From Desulfocapsa sulfexigens DSM 10523 (GTDB lineage Bacteria; Desulfobacterota; Desulfobulbia; Desulfobulbales; Desulfocapsaceae): a stretch of 32,000 nucleotides of DNA. The notes beneath the pieces are model-generated. The model did no database searches. It was not told the origin of the DNA and was given only the letters and a program-made list of their open reading frames with translations. A program made the translations under genes and the position numbers. The stretch is from contig NC_020304.1 in assembly GCF_000341395.1 (NCBI RefSeq), positions 750,001 to 782,000 of the forward strand, written 5' to 3'. Below, piece by piece: positions 18,894 to 28,324 of the stretch (within the stretch, counting starts at the first letter, position 1; each line of letters opens with the position of its first letter).

Positions 18894-20447
18894 TTAGTGG
18901 GTTGAGGGAGAATAATACTGAGAGCCACGGATATTTGCGTGATTAACCGGCTTGTCCTCTGTAGCCGGCTTCGGTAGTGGCTTCTGATCAAGGCCGCTTT
19001 TGAGTATGGATTCCACTGAGCGGTAAGAAAGGGCGTTGATATGCAGGGCCCGATGGCATGCTGCCTCAAGGCGTGAATCTCCATAGGCTTTGCCAAGACG
19101 GAGAATGCCCAGCAAAGTGCGATAGGCCTGTTGTGGGTGAGCTCTTTTTACAAGAAGCGTCTCTGTGAGGCAGAGTGTCTCCGGCCCGACCTTGGCAGCC
19201 CAGCGCTTGAACCTGTCCGGATTCCACTCCATGTACTTTCGGTGGTTGACAGGCATATGCTCTTTGACGGTAGTGTGGTGCCCTCGTTGATTCTCCCGGA
19301 TGTGACTGGCCACCCGTTTACCACGAAAGTAACACTCAACCGTGCTTTTGGTATAGCGCACCTCAATCTGTTTTTTGACCAGGTTATATGGAACGGAATA
19401 GTAATGTCCCTCGACCTCCACATGATAGTCGATATGTACAGTGGCCTTTTTCCAGTAGGATAATTCATAAGGGCTGGCTGGAAGTTGTTTCAGGGCAGGT
19501 TTGTCCAGTTCTTCAAAGCGACTTTTACGGCTGCCGGATAACTTCTTGAAAGGCTTGTTGTTCAGTTGCTCAAGGAGTTTGCCTATTTCGCGATTGAGAT
19601 CGTCAATGTTGAAGAAAGTATGTTTACGGAGTTTTGCCAGAATCCAGCGTTCCACCAGCAATACACCGGCCTCAGCCTTGGCCTTGTCCCTTGGTTTTCT
19701 AACCCTTGCAGGCAGCACCACGGTTTGATAATGTCGGGCCAGATCATGATAAGTGGGATTAAGGTCAGGTTCGTAACGGCAGGCTTTTGTGACGCCACTT
19801 TTCAGGTTATCTGGAACGACAACTTCCGGAACCCCACCCAGGAAAGCAAATGTACGGACATGTGAACCGATCCAATCCTCAATCTTCTGGCTGGGAGTGG
19901 CCTCAGCATAGGTGTAGTTGCTGGCACCAAGGACCGCAACAAAGACCTGAGCCTTTGTGATTTCTCCGGTGTGTTGGTCAACGACATCGACGGTTTGGCC
20001 TGCGTAGTCGACAAACAGTTTCTCACCGGCTCGGTGTTCATGGCGCATGACCAGATCAAGCTTGCCGGCCCAATCCCGGTAACTATGGCAGAACCAGCTG
20101 TACTGGTAGCCGTCAGGATGCTGCTCTTTGTATTCCTGCCACAGCAGGTTCAGGGTAACCCCTCGTTTGGATTGGAGCTCTTTGTGGATCTCAGAGAAAT
20201 CTGGAATTAGCCGGCTTGTCCCCGGTGGAGGCGGTGGAGGGAAAAGGGTTTGTTCAAGGCTGCTGTCGCTTAGGTCGTCAGGAAGGGGCCAACCCAGATC
20301 TGCTCTTTTGGTTCGTTGTAAATAGTCACTTACCGTGCTGCTGCCAATACCGCAGCTACGGGAAATTTCACGGTTACTGTGCCCAAGTTCATACTTGAGT
20401 CGTAGTACCTCTCTAATTTTTCGCATAGATAACCTCTTCTTCGGCAT
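18894..20447 (-). CDS. istA: IS21 transposase IstA
   Basis: It has an N-terminal HTH (MRKIREVLRLKYELGHSNREISRSCGIGSSTV) and a DDE core. The start is placed at the ATG at 20447 behind AAGGAGGG; the track ORF starts 8 codons upstream. Confidence 0.9.
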   Translation of the reverse strand: MPKKRLSMRKIREVLRLKYELGHSNREISRSCGIGSSTVSDYLQRTKRADLGWPLPDDLSDSSLEQTLFPPPPPPGTSRLIPDFSEIHKELQSKRGVTLNLLWQEYKEQHPDGYQYSWFCHSYRDWAGKLDLVMRHEHRAGEKLFVDYAGQTVDVVDQHTGEITKAQVFVAVLGASNYTYAEATPSQKIEDWIGSHVRTFAFLGGVPEVVVPDNLKSGVTKACRYEPDLNPTYHDLARHYQTVVLPARVRKPRDKAKAEAGVLLVERWILAKLRKHTFFNIDDLNREIGKLLEQLNNKPFKKLSGSRKSRFEELDKPALKQLPASPYELSYWKKATVHIDYHVEVEGHYYSVPYNLVKKQIEVRYTKSTVECYFRGKRVASHIRENQRGHHTTVKEHMPVNHRKYMEWNPDRFKRWAAKVGPETLCLTETLLVKRAHPQQAYRTLLGILRLGKAYGDSRLEAACHRALHINALSYRSVESILKSGLDQKPLPKPATEDKPVNHANIRGSQYYSPSTH

Positions 20448-20985
20448 GAGCCCTCCTTGAATTTTATTCAAAAAGGCACTCTCTACCAGTTGGTTCTATG
20501 CGTCGCTACTCCCTATTTGGGGTGACCGGATTCCTCTGGAATCACTGGCCGGAATGAAATGGAATCGGTGGCCGGAATCACGTGGAATGAGTGGCCGGTT
20601 TACTCTGGAATCGGTGGCCGGAATCGTCTGGAATATGCATTTGCCCGATAAAAAGTAGTATTGATTTGAAATGTCCTATCTCCAGACCACTTCCTGTAAT
20701 AAGTATTCATAAACCACTCAAGATACTCTTTAGCTTCCTCAGAACTCTGAAAAACTACTTCCATTGTGATATCTATCCGTGTGAGTGTGCCAAAATTCCT
20801 CGATTGTATGATCTCCATAAATTCATCCGTTGCTCCACTCACATCAAGCTTTGAATTATAACTGTGATATTTCCCCGTATTGCTTGCTGGGTAAATCAAA
20901 CTCGGAGTTCTTTCACTTCTACAAAGAGGTGGCTCAGTTTGTTTGAACAGTATTCTGTCATTTTTAAGTGGAGCCTCTGCCTAAA

Positions 20986-21816
20986 TTAAGCTGCCTTTTC
21001 AATTGGTGGCAACATTATGTTGTAGGCCTCATCTGGAGTTCTTTTTTCCAATCCGGAATGTGGTCTTGAGCGGTTATACCAATCAAAATACTGCATGATA
21101 GACCTTCGAGCCTCATTTACTGTATCATAAGCATGCAAATAAACACGTTCGTATTTCACTGATCTCCATAGTCTTTCAACGAATACATTGTCTCGCCAAG
21201 CCCCACGTCCATCCATGCTGATCTTGCAGCCCTTTTCGTGCACTACCTCAATAAACTCTTGTGCGGTAAACTGACTTCCCTGGTCGGTGTTGACAATCTC
21301 TGGGATGCCATGATGAACAAAGGCTTCTTTCAGCACATCAACTGCATGGCAGGCCTCGAGGGTAATAGAAAGTTTTGAGGCCAACACTTTCCGGCTTGCC
21401 CAGTCAACAACAGCCGTCAGATACACAAATCCTTTGGCCATGGGAATATAAGTCGTATCCAGAGCCCAGACCTGGTTGGACTGATCGATACTCTTTCCTC
21501 TCAATAGATACGGATAGATTTTGTGACCTGGATGTTTTTTACTCGTTCCCGGTTTCCTATATAACGCTTCAACTCCCATGCGTTTCATCAGGGTTCCAAC
21601 ATGTTTGCGCCCGACAGAAACACCATCTCGGTTCAGTTGATCACGGAGCATCCTTGCCCCCATAAACGGGTGCTCCAAATGGAGTTCATCAATTTTCCGC
21701 ATCAGCACCAAGTCGTTTTCGTTAACTGGTTTGGGTTTGTAATACACGCTACCACGACTGATCTCAACGACTTGAGCTTGTCGTGTAATCGAAAGAGTAT
21801 GGGCTGGATCTATCAT
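20986..21816 (-). CDS. IS3 transposase OrfB (DDE integrase core)
   Basis: 276 aa with rve-type motifs ([18 protein letters not shown], the RSRPHSGL tail). The frame is open upstream as far as the slippery site. Confidence 0.9.
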   Translation of the reverse strand: MIDPAHTLSITRQAQVVEISRGSVYYKPKPVNENDLVLMRKIDELHLEHPFMGARMLRDQLNRDGVSVGRKHVGTLMKRMGVEALYRKPGTSKKHPGHKIYPYLLRGKSIDQSNQVWALDTTYIPMAKGFVYLTAVVDWASRKVLASKLSITLEACHAVDVLKEAFVHHGIPEIVNTDQGSQFTAQEFIEVVHEKGCKISMDGRGAWRDNVFVERLWRSVKYERVYLHAYDTVNEARRSIMQYFDWYNRSRPHSGLEKRTPDEAYNIMLPPIEKAA

Positions 21817-22115
21817 CGCTTTACGCTCAGCAACCCCACTTTGGTGAGCGCACCTTCTAAAAAATCGTTTTCCAGCGTTAGCTGGCCTATTTTCGCATGT
21901 AGGGTCTTTATATCAACTGCTGGCTCTTTTGAAGTACCTTTGGCAAATACAGAGTCTGCCTCTTCTGTCAGTTGCCTTTTCCAAGCGGTGATCTGGTTGG
22001 GATGCACTTCAAACCGTTGCGCCAGTTCTGCTAGTGTCTTGTCTCCAGCCATCGCTGCAAGGGCCACTTTCGCCTTGAATGCGGCTGAGTGTTTTCTTCT
22101 CGTTCCTTTTGCCAT
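21813..22115 (-). CDS. IS3 transposase OrfA (HTH)
   Basis: 100 aa with a typical IS3 OrfA N-terminus ([16 protein letters not shown]...[22 protein letters not shown]) and a leucine-zipper-like end. Confidence 0.9.
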   Translation of the reverse strand: MAKGTRRKHSAAFKAKVALAAMAGDKTLAELAQRFEVHPNQITAWKRQLTEEADSVFAKGTSKEPAVDIKTLHAKIGQLTLENDFLEGALTKVGLLSVKR

Positions 22116-22469
22116 TTTCTGCTCCTTGTTTAAATCTTTTCATGGGAATTATTGGTAGCAGATTTTCCACTTAACAGCTTGTTCAAATTTTCTGGACCAC
22201 CTCTCAATGCTTCCTGAGTTCATCTACAGGAAGGTAGTCAATAGCGTCAGCAACGCTCATGTGAGAATTTATTGTGATTGTGTCAAAATAATAAAAAATC
22301 GCCTTAGGCGTGAATTTCTTCATTTTAGGTACCTATGTATATTTTTCTAAAACTTGTTAAATACAGAGCGATTTAGCCAGTCAATAATGTATAAATTTAC
22401 TAACTGGCTTAACCTTCTTTGCTAAGAAAGCATAGTAAGCTATCCATCCAATATTATAGGATTAGTTAC

Positions 22470-22679
22470 CTATAAATTGGACTTAGGAAGTCCTTCAATC
22501 CAGGATTGAATATCTGATGACTTCCATGCTACTGATTTTGGCCCCAATTGTACTGGAGCAGGGAAGGTACCCATTTTAATTCGAGCGTAAATCGTTGATC
22601 TTTTTAGGCCAGTTACTGCTTCAACTTCCGGACGGCGCAATAACCTAATTTGGAGGGAGGGTTGGTAGGAATTTTCCAT
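22470..22679 (-). CDS. alpA: AlpA-family DNA-binding protein / excisionase-regulator
   Basis: 69 aa. LLRRPEVEAVTGLKRSTIYARIKMGTFPAPVQLGPKSVAWKSSDIQSWI is the classic AlpA/Phage_AlpA pattern. Confidence 0.85.
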   Translation of the reverse strand: MENSYQPSLQIRLLRRPEVEAVTGLKRSTIYARIKMGTFPAPVQLGPKSVAWKSSDIQSWIEGLPKSNL

Positions 22680-22707
22680 TTTAATTTCCTTGTTAATTGC
22701 CTAGGCC

Positions 22708-22747
22708 AAAAAAAAAGGACTCCAGGCTTTTAAATCGCCCGGAGTCC
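22708..22747 (-). terminator. intrinsic terminator downstream of the integrase gene
   Basis: On the minus strand it reads GGACTCCGGGC-gatttaaaa-GCCTGGAGTCC followed by T9. That is an 11-bp stem with one G-U pair. Confidence 0.7.
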
Positions 22748-22947
22748 TCCAAGGAACCGTTTTTCAATGCTATCCGTAGTTGGTAAAGCTTCAAGCGCCT
22801 CGACTCAGCCGAGTCCAACTTGTTCTTCGCATGGCATATGTATGCCTTATTCTTATTAAGAAATTAATAATGCATACGCTAACTTAACTAATATATTATC
22901 AGAGTCTAATTGGGCTGTCAAGAGATCAACTTAGACGTTGCTAACCA

Positions 22948-24156
22948 TTAACCTGGCTCGTTTTCCATTTTTTGTAATAAATCAGCCCACCACTGCATCA
23001 AATCTCGTCTCTGCTCAATATAATGGCTTCGATGATATGCAGCCCTGACTTTGTTACGCTGCTCATGTGCTAGCGCTTTTTCAATCACATCACCATCAAA
23101 ACCAGACTCATTAGCTATAGTTGAAAACACGGCTCTAAACCCATGCACGGTTGACCGAGAGTGATACCCCATGCGGTACATTGCATAAAGCATAGTATTT
23201 TCTGAGAGAGGTTTATTGCTGTCCCTGATGCCTGGAAATATATACCCATCACGGCCATATAAATTCCCAACCCTTTCCAAAATTGCCCTGGCTTGATTTG
23301 ATAATGGGACATTATGCGGGCTATTTACTTTCATTCGTTCTGCTGGAATACGCCACATTCTTTCCTCTATATCAATCTCATCCCACCTTGCAAATCTTGT
23401 TTCACCACTTCTAGCAGCTGTAAGTATCGTAAATTGTAGTGCAAGCTTAGTATTGATGTGTATATCTGCTGTTTGCATTTTCTTTAAAAACTCTGGCATT
23501 TCATCAATAGATAAGGCTGCTTGGTGTATTACTTTTCTTGTCTTTATAACGCCTTTCATATCTGCGGCTGGATTGTAAGTAGCTCTACCCGTTTGTATAG
23601 CATAACGGAAAACAGCACTCATCCTCTGCAACACCTTTCGAGCAATCTCAAGCGATCCTCTCTTCTCTATGCTTCTGAGAATTTTCAATACAGTTGGAGG
23701 CTGAATTGAATCCACTGGAAAATCCCCTACTACTGGAAATGCATCATGCTCTAAAGTTGCCCTCACTGCATTTGCGTGTTCAGATTTCCATTTACCTTTT
23801 TGATTATCTATCCATTCAAGAGCCACTGCCCTAAAACAATTTTCATCAACTGCTTTTAGTTCTAGTTCTCTATCTACAGTTTCCTGCTTTGCTTTTTTTC
23901 GTTCTTTTGCAGGGTTTTTACCAAGTTTTACCAACTCTCTTGCTTCAGCTCTTGCCTCTCTCGCCTCTTTAAGGCTCATTTTCGGGTACTCACCAAGAAC
24001 AAAAGTTGATTCTCTGCCCAGTATCTTAAAGCGATATCTCCACGTTTTTCCACCAGATTTTGCAATATGAAACCAGAGACCATGCCCATCGGATATCTTG
24101 AAAGGAAGTTTTTCTGGTTTTAAGTTGCGTACTTGTATAGCTGTAAGCTTTGACAT
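22948..24156 (-). CDS. int: P4-type tyrosine integrase
   Basis: The start is placed at MSKLTAIQVRNLK (ATG at 24156), because the longer track ORF runs into the tRNA. It has a DUF4102-type arm domain (GLWFHIAKSGGKTWRYRFK) and a catalytic C-terminus (HGFRAVFST...ALAH...AAYHRSHY). Confidence 0.9.
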   Translation of the reverse strand: MSKLTAIQVRNLKPEKLPFKISDGHGLWFHIAKSGGKTWRYRFKILGRESTFVLGEYPKMSLKEAREARAEARELVKLGKNPAKERKKAKQETVDRELELKAVDENCFRAVALEWIDNQKGKWKSEHANAVRATLEHDAFPVVGDFPVDSIQPPTVLKILRSIEKRGSLEIARKVLQRMSAVFRYAIQTGRATYNPAADMKGVIKTRKVIHQAALSIDEMPEFLKKMQTADIHINTKLALQFTILTAARSGETRFARWDEIDIEERMWRIPAERMKVNSPHNVPLSNQARAILERVGNLYGRDGYIFPGIRDSNKPLSENTMLYAMYRMGYHSRSTVHGFRAVFSTIANESGFDGDVIEKALAHEQRNKVRAAYHRSHYIEQRRDLMQWWADLLQKMENEPG

Positions 24157-24347
24157 TGACGTCACCATGAAAAGTGGGTAAAAGAAAGGAGGGTATTCGG
24201 TTCCTCTGCTGCCATACCCACGGATATACCCACTTTTCACGACAGATGTCAACGGATAAATTTGGACTACCCTGGAAACAAAAAACCCGCAAACCATTTC
24301 TGGATGCGGGTTAAACGGAACGCTTAGGACGTTCTCGGAATATGTAC

Positions 24348-24434
24348 TGGTGCCGGAGGTCGGAATCGAACCGACACGGGCCAAAGCCCGCTGGATTTTG
24401 AGTCCAGTGCGTCTACCAGTTTCACCACTCCGGC
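24348..24434 (-). tRNA. tRNA-Leu (anticodon CAA), class II, encoded CCA
   Basis: The reverse complement is GCCGGAGTGGTGAAACTGGTAGACGCACTGGACTCAAAATCCAGCGGGCTTTGGCCCGTGTCGGTTCGATTCCGACCTCCGGCACCA. It has a 7-bp acceptor stem, an anticodon stem CTGGA/TCCAG with loop CTCAAAA, a long variable arm and a T-arm GTCGG-TTCGATT-CCGAC. Confidence 0.9.
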
Positions 24435-24645
24435 ATAAATAGAATGGATGGGTGATTAATACTGTAAATGGTTCCGAACTGTCAAGAGATTTCAGGGCTG
24501 TCGCCCTTCAATAGGCCATCTACGATGTCCTGTACTGAAGCTTCAACATTAACTTGTATTGAAGAGAAACGAAAACTCGCCAGACACTGAAACTCACCAA
24601 TATTAGCTCATTATTGTTCTAAAAGTCTACCAGAAGGCTACCAGA

Positions 24646-25758
24646 ATGAGAGCTACAATCACAGCTAAAACACTACAATCATTGCAACCTAAGGACAAGC
24701 CATATTTCATCCGGTCTACTAATGGCTTCGCAGTAAAGATAAATCCAAAAGGAAGTATTAAGTACATTATAGAAACGAAACTCAATTGTCGTACAGTCCG
24801 TAGAACTATAGGGACTTATCCAGCCATGCCATTAAAAGATGCTAAGGAAGCTGGAGCCAAACTATTACAGGAGATCTTAATAGAACCAAATCAAAGAAAG
24901 ACATCGACATCCCTTAGGATGTTGTTCGACAGTTACACTTCCACTCTGAACCTCAAGGAAACAACACTCAAGGATTATCAGACTGTTATTCCATACTACC
25001 TCTCAGACTGGATGAACAAGAAGGTCACCTCCATCTCCAAAAGTATGGTAGAGAAACGGTTCGTTACCATCAGAGATAAGGGATGGCAGGGAGGAATTCC
25101 AACACACAGTCAAGCGAACAAGGTCATGCGTATCCTCTCAGCACTAATGAACTACGCAATGGCTGACGATATCATCCAGCAGAATCCTGTGGATGTTCTT
25201 AAGCAGAAGAGAGTTGATAGGAGCACTATTAAGAGAAGTAGCTACCTGACAGCACCAGAGGCCAGAGAAGTAACTGAGAGCCTTTCAGATCATCCTGTGG
25301 AGCTTGCAATTGCCATGATGCTATACACTGGACTGAGGAAGAATGAGGCTCTCAGCATACGATGGGAGAATGTCACTAAGGATCTGATAACGATTAAGGA
25401 TACCAAGAATCACAGGGAGCACCTGATCCCAATCACTGAGAGAATACAGAAGATCTTGGATAGAATACCAAGAAGCTCTTCACCATTCTTATTTCCATCC
25501 CCAGTTGACAAGCAAAAGAACATTAGAGACGTTAGACCAACACTGAAGAGGATTGAGAAGAATACAGGAATTAACTTTAAATGTCATGATCTCAGGCGTA
25601 CCTTCGCCACTCGAGCGTCTGAGGTAGGAATAGATTTCCTCATGATCAAGAGGATGCTAAATCATAAGGTATCAGATATAACTGCTCAGTACATCCAGTG
25701 GAACAGCAAGGAGAATCTCCAGAAGATGAAGGAAGCTCTTGAACGTGTTGTGTACTAA
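24646..25758 (+). CDS. second tyrosine integrase (P4-like arm domain)
   Basis: 370 aa. The catalytic region is HDLRRTFATRASEVGIDFLMIKRMLNH...ITAQYI. The N-terminal arm-type domain is LQPKDKPYFIRSTNGFAVKINPKGSIKY. Confidence 0.85.
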   Translation: MRATITAKTLQSLQPKDKPYFIRSTNGFAVKINPKGSIKYIIETKLNCRTVRRTIGTYPAMPLKDAKEAGAKLLQEILIEPNQRKTSTSLRMLFDSYTSTLNLKETTLKDYQTVIPYYLSDWMNKKVTSISKSMVEKRFVTIRDKGWQGGIPTHSQANKVMRILSALMNYAMADDIIQQNPVDVLKQKRVDRSTIKRSSYLTAPEAREVTESLSDHPVELAIAMMLYTGLRKNEALSIRWENVTKDLITIKDTKNHREHLIPITERIQKILDRIPRSSSPFLFPSPVDKQKNIRDVRPTLKRIEKNTGINFKCHDLRRTFATRASEVGIDFLMIKRMLNHKVSDITAQYIQWNSKENLQKMKEALERVVY

Positions 25759-25838
25759 TCTGTCGCTCTATTGTTGTTATACCTATCTCACAAATCGTTG
25801 GCTAGGCTATGAACTGGTTAGAAAGTAAAGTCAAGGTT

Positions 25839-25876
25839 AGTCCCTTCCCGAAGGCTGAGGACATCGGGAAGGGACT
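25839..25876 (+). terminator. 13-bp perfect stem-loop downstream of the second integrase
   Basis: AGTCCCTTCCCGA (25839-25851) pairs with TCGGGAAGGGACT (25864-25876) around a 12-nt loop, followed by TTAT. The T-tract is weak, so the terminator role is uncertain. Confidence 0.4.
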
Positions 25877-26226
25877 TTATGAGAGCTTCTGGTTCCCTCA
25901 AGGTGAGGCTTTCGGTTTATCCTTAGAATCTTGTGGAAAGCTGAGAAATAAGGTAGTGAAGTGCTGCTACATTGTTATGCTGGAAGGAACAGAAGTCAGA
26001 TGGTATACGATAGCTACCACTTCTTAAAGACAGCAGAACCCTAAGTTGCTTCTTAATATAGACGATGGACAGCTCCCAGGCGTACATAAGATGGAAGAAT
26101 TCCTTGCGGCCTGTAGCAGTATCTTCAAGGATGCAAAGGAGAACCTGCGACCAATAGATACTATTAAACATGAGCTTCATATGCGAGGTTCTGGCTTCGC
26201 TTAAGCAGTATCAATCAAGATTAAAG

Positions 26227-26238
26227 TTCTCTAGAGAA
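26227..26238. repeat. 12-bp perfect palindrome TTCTCTAGAGAA (copy 1 of 3)
   Basis: It lies 40 bp upstream of the P-loop NTPase start. The same 12-mer recurs at 29249 and 29389. Confidence 0.6.
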
Positions 26239-27194
26239 GATTAGTATGGCAACAGTAGCAGCAGAGAAGGAAGCAAGATGATCACAATCGTAGATGCAGT
26301 AATGGGGACGGGCAAGAGCACTTGGGCAATCAATGAAGTGAACAATAATCCTGCGAAGAAGTATATTATACTAACTCCATATCTCGATGAAGTTGACAGA
26401 TACAAAGCAGATACATCAAGACCTGATGTTGTAGCGCTGGATGACGATATTACTGACACGAAGACGGCTGGATTCAGAGACGCAATCAAACAAGGCAAGA
26501 GCGTTATAACTACACACAAGCTCTTCTCTCATCTATACCTAGAAGAATTCCCTCAGATCCAACAAGGTGAGTATGAACTAATTATTGATGAGACCATTAC
26601 ACTCGTAGAAGAAGAGGTAATCAATAAAGATGACTTCAATATGCTGTTGAGCACTAAGAAGATCTGGACAGAACCAACGAAGATTGATGGTATGTTTATC
26701 GTTCACCCTGAAGCTCATGGAGTTGATTACCATGGCAGTCACCGTGCCTTTATGGATGCAGCTAGGGGAGAGCACGTCTTCAGGATCAATAATACAACTG
26801 TTGTCTTCGTGGTGCCTCCTGAGAAGCTCACTGTCTTCAAGAATGTTCATATAATGACTTATTTCTTTGAAGGATCTGAAACTCACTGTTGGCTCCAATT
26901 ACATAAGATTGACTTTAACCACAAGGAACTTGAGAGAGATAATGGAGGACACAAGCTACTTCCTCACAGTCTTAACTACTCAGGAGCTAAATACAAACCA
27001 CTGATAACAATCTTTGATGATAAGAAGCTGAATGCAATTGGAGAGAAGGGGAGGAAACTGAAGGAACCATTAGCTCAAGGCTGGTTTAAACAGAAAGGGA
27101 AGGACAGGAAGAAGGAGATTAAGCAACTTAAGAAGAGGTGGCTCAGTTTGTTTGAACAGTATTCTGTCATTTTTAAGTGGAGCCTCTGCCTAAA

Positions 27195-28025
27195 TTAAGC
27201 TGCCTTTTCAATTGGTGGCAACATTATGTTGTAGGCCTCATCTGGAGTTCTTTTTTCCAATCCGGAATGTGGTCTTGAGCGGTTATACCAATCAAAATAC
27301 TGCATGATAGACCTTCGAGCCTCATTTACTGTATCATAAGCATGCAAATAAACACGTTCGTATTTCACTGATCTCCATAGTCTTTCAACGAATACATTGT
27401 CTCGCCAAGCCCCACGTCCATCCATGCTGATCTTGCAGCCCTTTTCGTGCACTACCTCAATAAACTCTTGTGCGGTAAACTGACTTCCCTGGTCGGTGTT
27501 GACAATCTCTGGGATGCCATGATGAACAAAGGCTTCTTTCAGCACATCAACTGCATGGCAGGCCTCGAGGGTAATAGAAAGTTTTGAGGCCAACACTTTC
27601 CGGCTTGCCCAGTCAACAACAGCCGTCAGATACACAAATCCTTTGGCCATGGGAATATAAGTCGTATCCAGAGCCCAGACCTGGTTGGACTGATCGATAC
27701 TCTTTCCTCTCAATAGATACGGATAGATTTTGTGACCTGGATGTTTTTTACTCGTTCCCGGTTTCCTATATAACGCTTCAACTCCCATGCGTTTCATCAG
27801 GGTTCCAACATGTTTGCGCCCGACAGAAACACCATCTCGGTTCAGTTGATCACGGAGCATCCTTGCCCCCATAAACGGGTGCTCCAAATGGAGTTCATCA
27901 ATTTTCCGCATCAGCACCAAGTCGTTTTCGTTAACTGGTTTGGGTTTGTAATACACGCTACCACGACTGATCTCAACGACTTGAGCTTGTCGTGTAATCG
28001 AAAGAGTATGGGCTGGATCTATCAT
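27195..28025 (-). CDS. IS3 transposase OrfB (copy 2)
   Basis: The translation is identical to 20986-21816. Confidence 0.9.
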   Translation of the reverse strand: MIDPAHTLSITRQAQVVEISRGSVYYKPKPVNENDLVLMRKIDELHLEHPFMGARMLRDQLNRDGVSVGRKHVGTLMKRMGVEALYRKPGTSKKHPGHKIYPYLLRGKSIDQSNQVWALDTTYIPMAKGFVYLTAVVDWASRKVLASKLSITLEACHAVDVLKEAFVHHGIPEIVNTDQGSQFTAQEFIEVVHEKGCKISMDGRGAWRDNVFVERLWRSVKYERVYLHAYDTVNEARRSIMQYFDWYNRSRPHSGLEKRTPDEAYNIMLPPIEKAA

Positions 28026-28324
28026 CGCTTTACGCTCAGCAACCCCACTTTGGTGAGCGCACCTTCTAAAAAATCGTTTTCCAGCGTTAGCTGGCCTATT
28101 TTCGCATGTAGGGTCTTTATATCAACTGCTGGCTCTTTTGAAGTACCTTTGGCAAATACAGAGTCTGCCTCTTCTGTCAGTTGCCTTTTCCAAGCGGTGA
28201 TCTGGTTGGGATGCACTTCAAACCGTTGCGCCAGTTCTGCTAGTGTCTTGTCTCCAGCCATCGCTGCAAGGGCCACTTTCGCCTTGAATGCGGCTGAGTG
28301 TTTTCTTCTCGTTCCTTTTGCCAT
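28022..28324 (-). CDS. IS3 transposase OrfA (copy 2)
   Basis: The translation is identical to 21813-22115. Confidence 0.9.
   Translation of the reverse strand: MAKGTRRKHSAAFKAKVALAAMAGDKTLAELAQRFEVHPNQITAWKRQLTEEADSVFAKGTSKEPAVDIKTLHAKIGQLTLENDFLEGALTKVGLLSVKR

Larger units (their letters stand above)
17990..20639 (-). mobile_element. IS21-family insertion sequence (2650 bp)
   Basis: It has TG...CA termini and imperfect terminal inverted repeats (TGCGTATTCCAG... versus the reverse complement TGCATATTCCAG...). Several GGCCGGAAT-type sub-repeats occur at both ends. A 6-bp TSD (TTTGCC) lies at 17984-17989 and 20640-20645. It carries an istA/istB pair. Confidence 0.9.
20925..22204 (-). mobile_element. 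IS3-family insertion sequence, copy 1 (1280 bp)
   Basis: The inverted repeats are AGAGGTGGCTCAG...TTTGAACA and, read as reverse complement, AGAGGTGGTCCAG...TTTGAACA. A 3-bp TSD (CAA) lies at 20922-20924 and 22205-22207. orfA and orfB overlap, and a T TTT TTA heptamer (21858-21864, minus strand) sits where a -1 frameshift would fuse them. Confidence 0.9.
17509..22323 (-). pseudogene. replication-initiator-like island gene (Rep_trans-like), split by IS3 and IS21 insertions
   Basis: The coding segments are 22323-22205, 20921-20640 and 17983-17509. They join in one frame (876 nt, 291 codons plus stop) after removing both ISs and one copy of each TSD. The motifs TRIDITMEV and CRIEFSLHGK resemble rolling-circle 'replication initiation factor' proteins. 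That family call is tentative. Confidence 0.6.

Noticed and set aside
21601-22158. 185-aa plus-strand ORF inside IS3 (and its twin at 27810-28367), plus the 96-aa ORFs at 21375 and 27584
   Set aside because: They are antisense to the well-supported orfA and orfB transposase genes and have no recognisable motifs. They are typical shadow ORFs.
22914-22925. 12-mer CTGTCAAGAGAT shared between 22914-22925 (just past the integrase stop) and 24479-24490 (just upstream of the tRNA), considered as a possible att core
   Set aside because: By rough expectation, a single shared 12-mer within 32 kb on two strands occurs tens of times by chance. There is no extended similarity around it.
24157-24384. N-terminal 76-codon extension of the integrase ORF in the track (ORF 22948-24384)
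   Set aside because: The extension runs into the tRNA-Leu gene (24348-24434), and its sequence (MARVGSIPTSG...) is just the tRNA read in frame. The conserved integrase arm domain begins at MSKLTAIQ (ATG at 24156).
25809-26180. ORFs 25809-26027 (+) and 25923-26180 (-) after the second integrase
   Set aside because: The first is spanned by a 13-bp perfect stem-loop, and neither has recognisable motifs. A shorter plus-strand frame (…MEEFLAACSSIFKDAKENLRPIDTIKHELHMRGSGFA, ending near 26207) matches the local codon style better, but it is too short to support.
27134-27198. C-terminal tail [20 protein letters not shown] of ORF 26278-27198
   Set aside because: It is encoded by the IS3 inverted repeat. 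It is an artefact of read-through from the interrupted P-loop NTPase gene.
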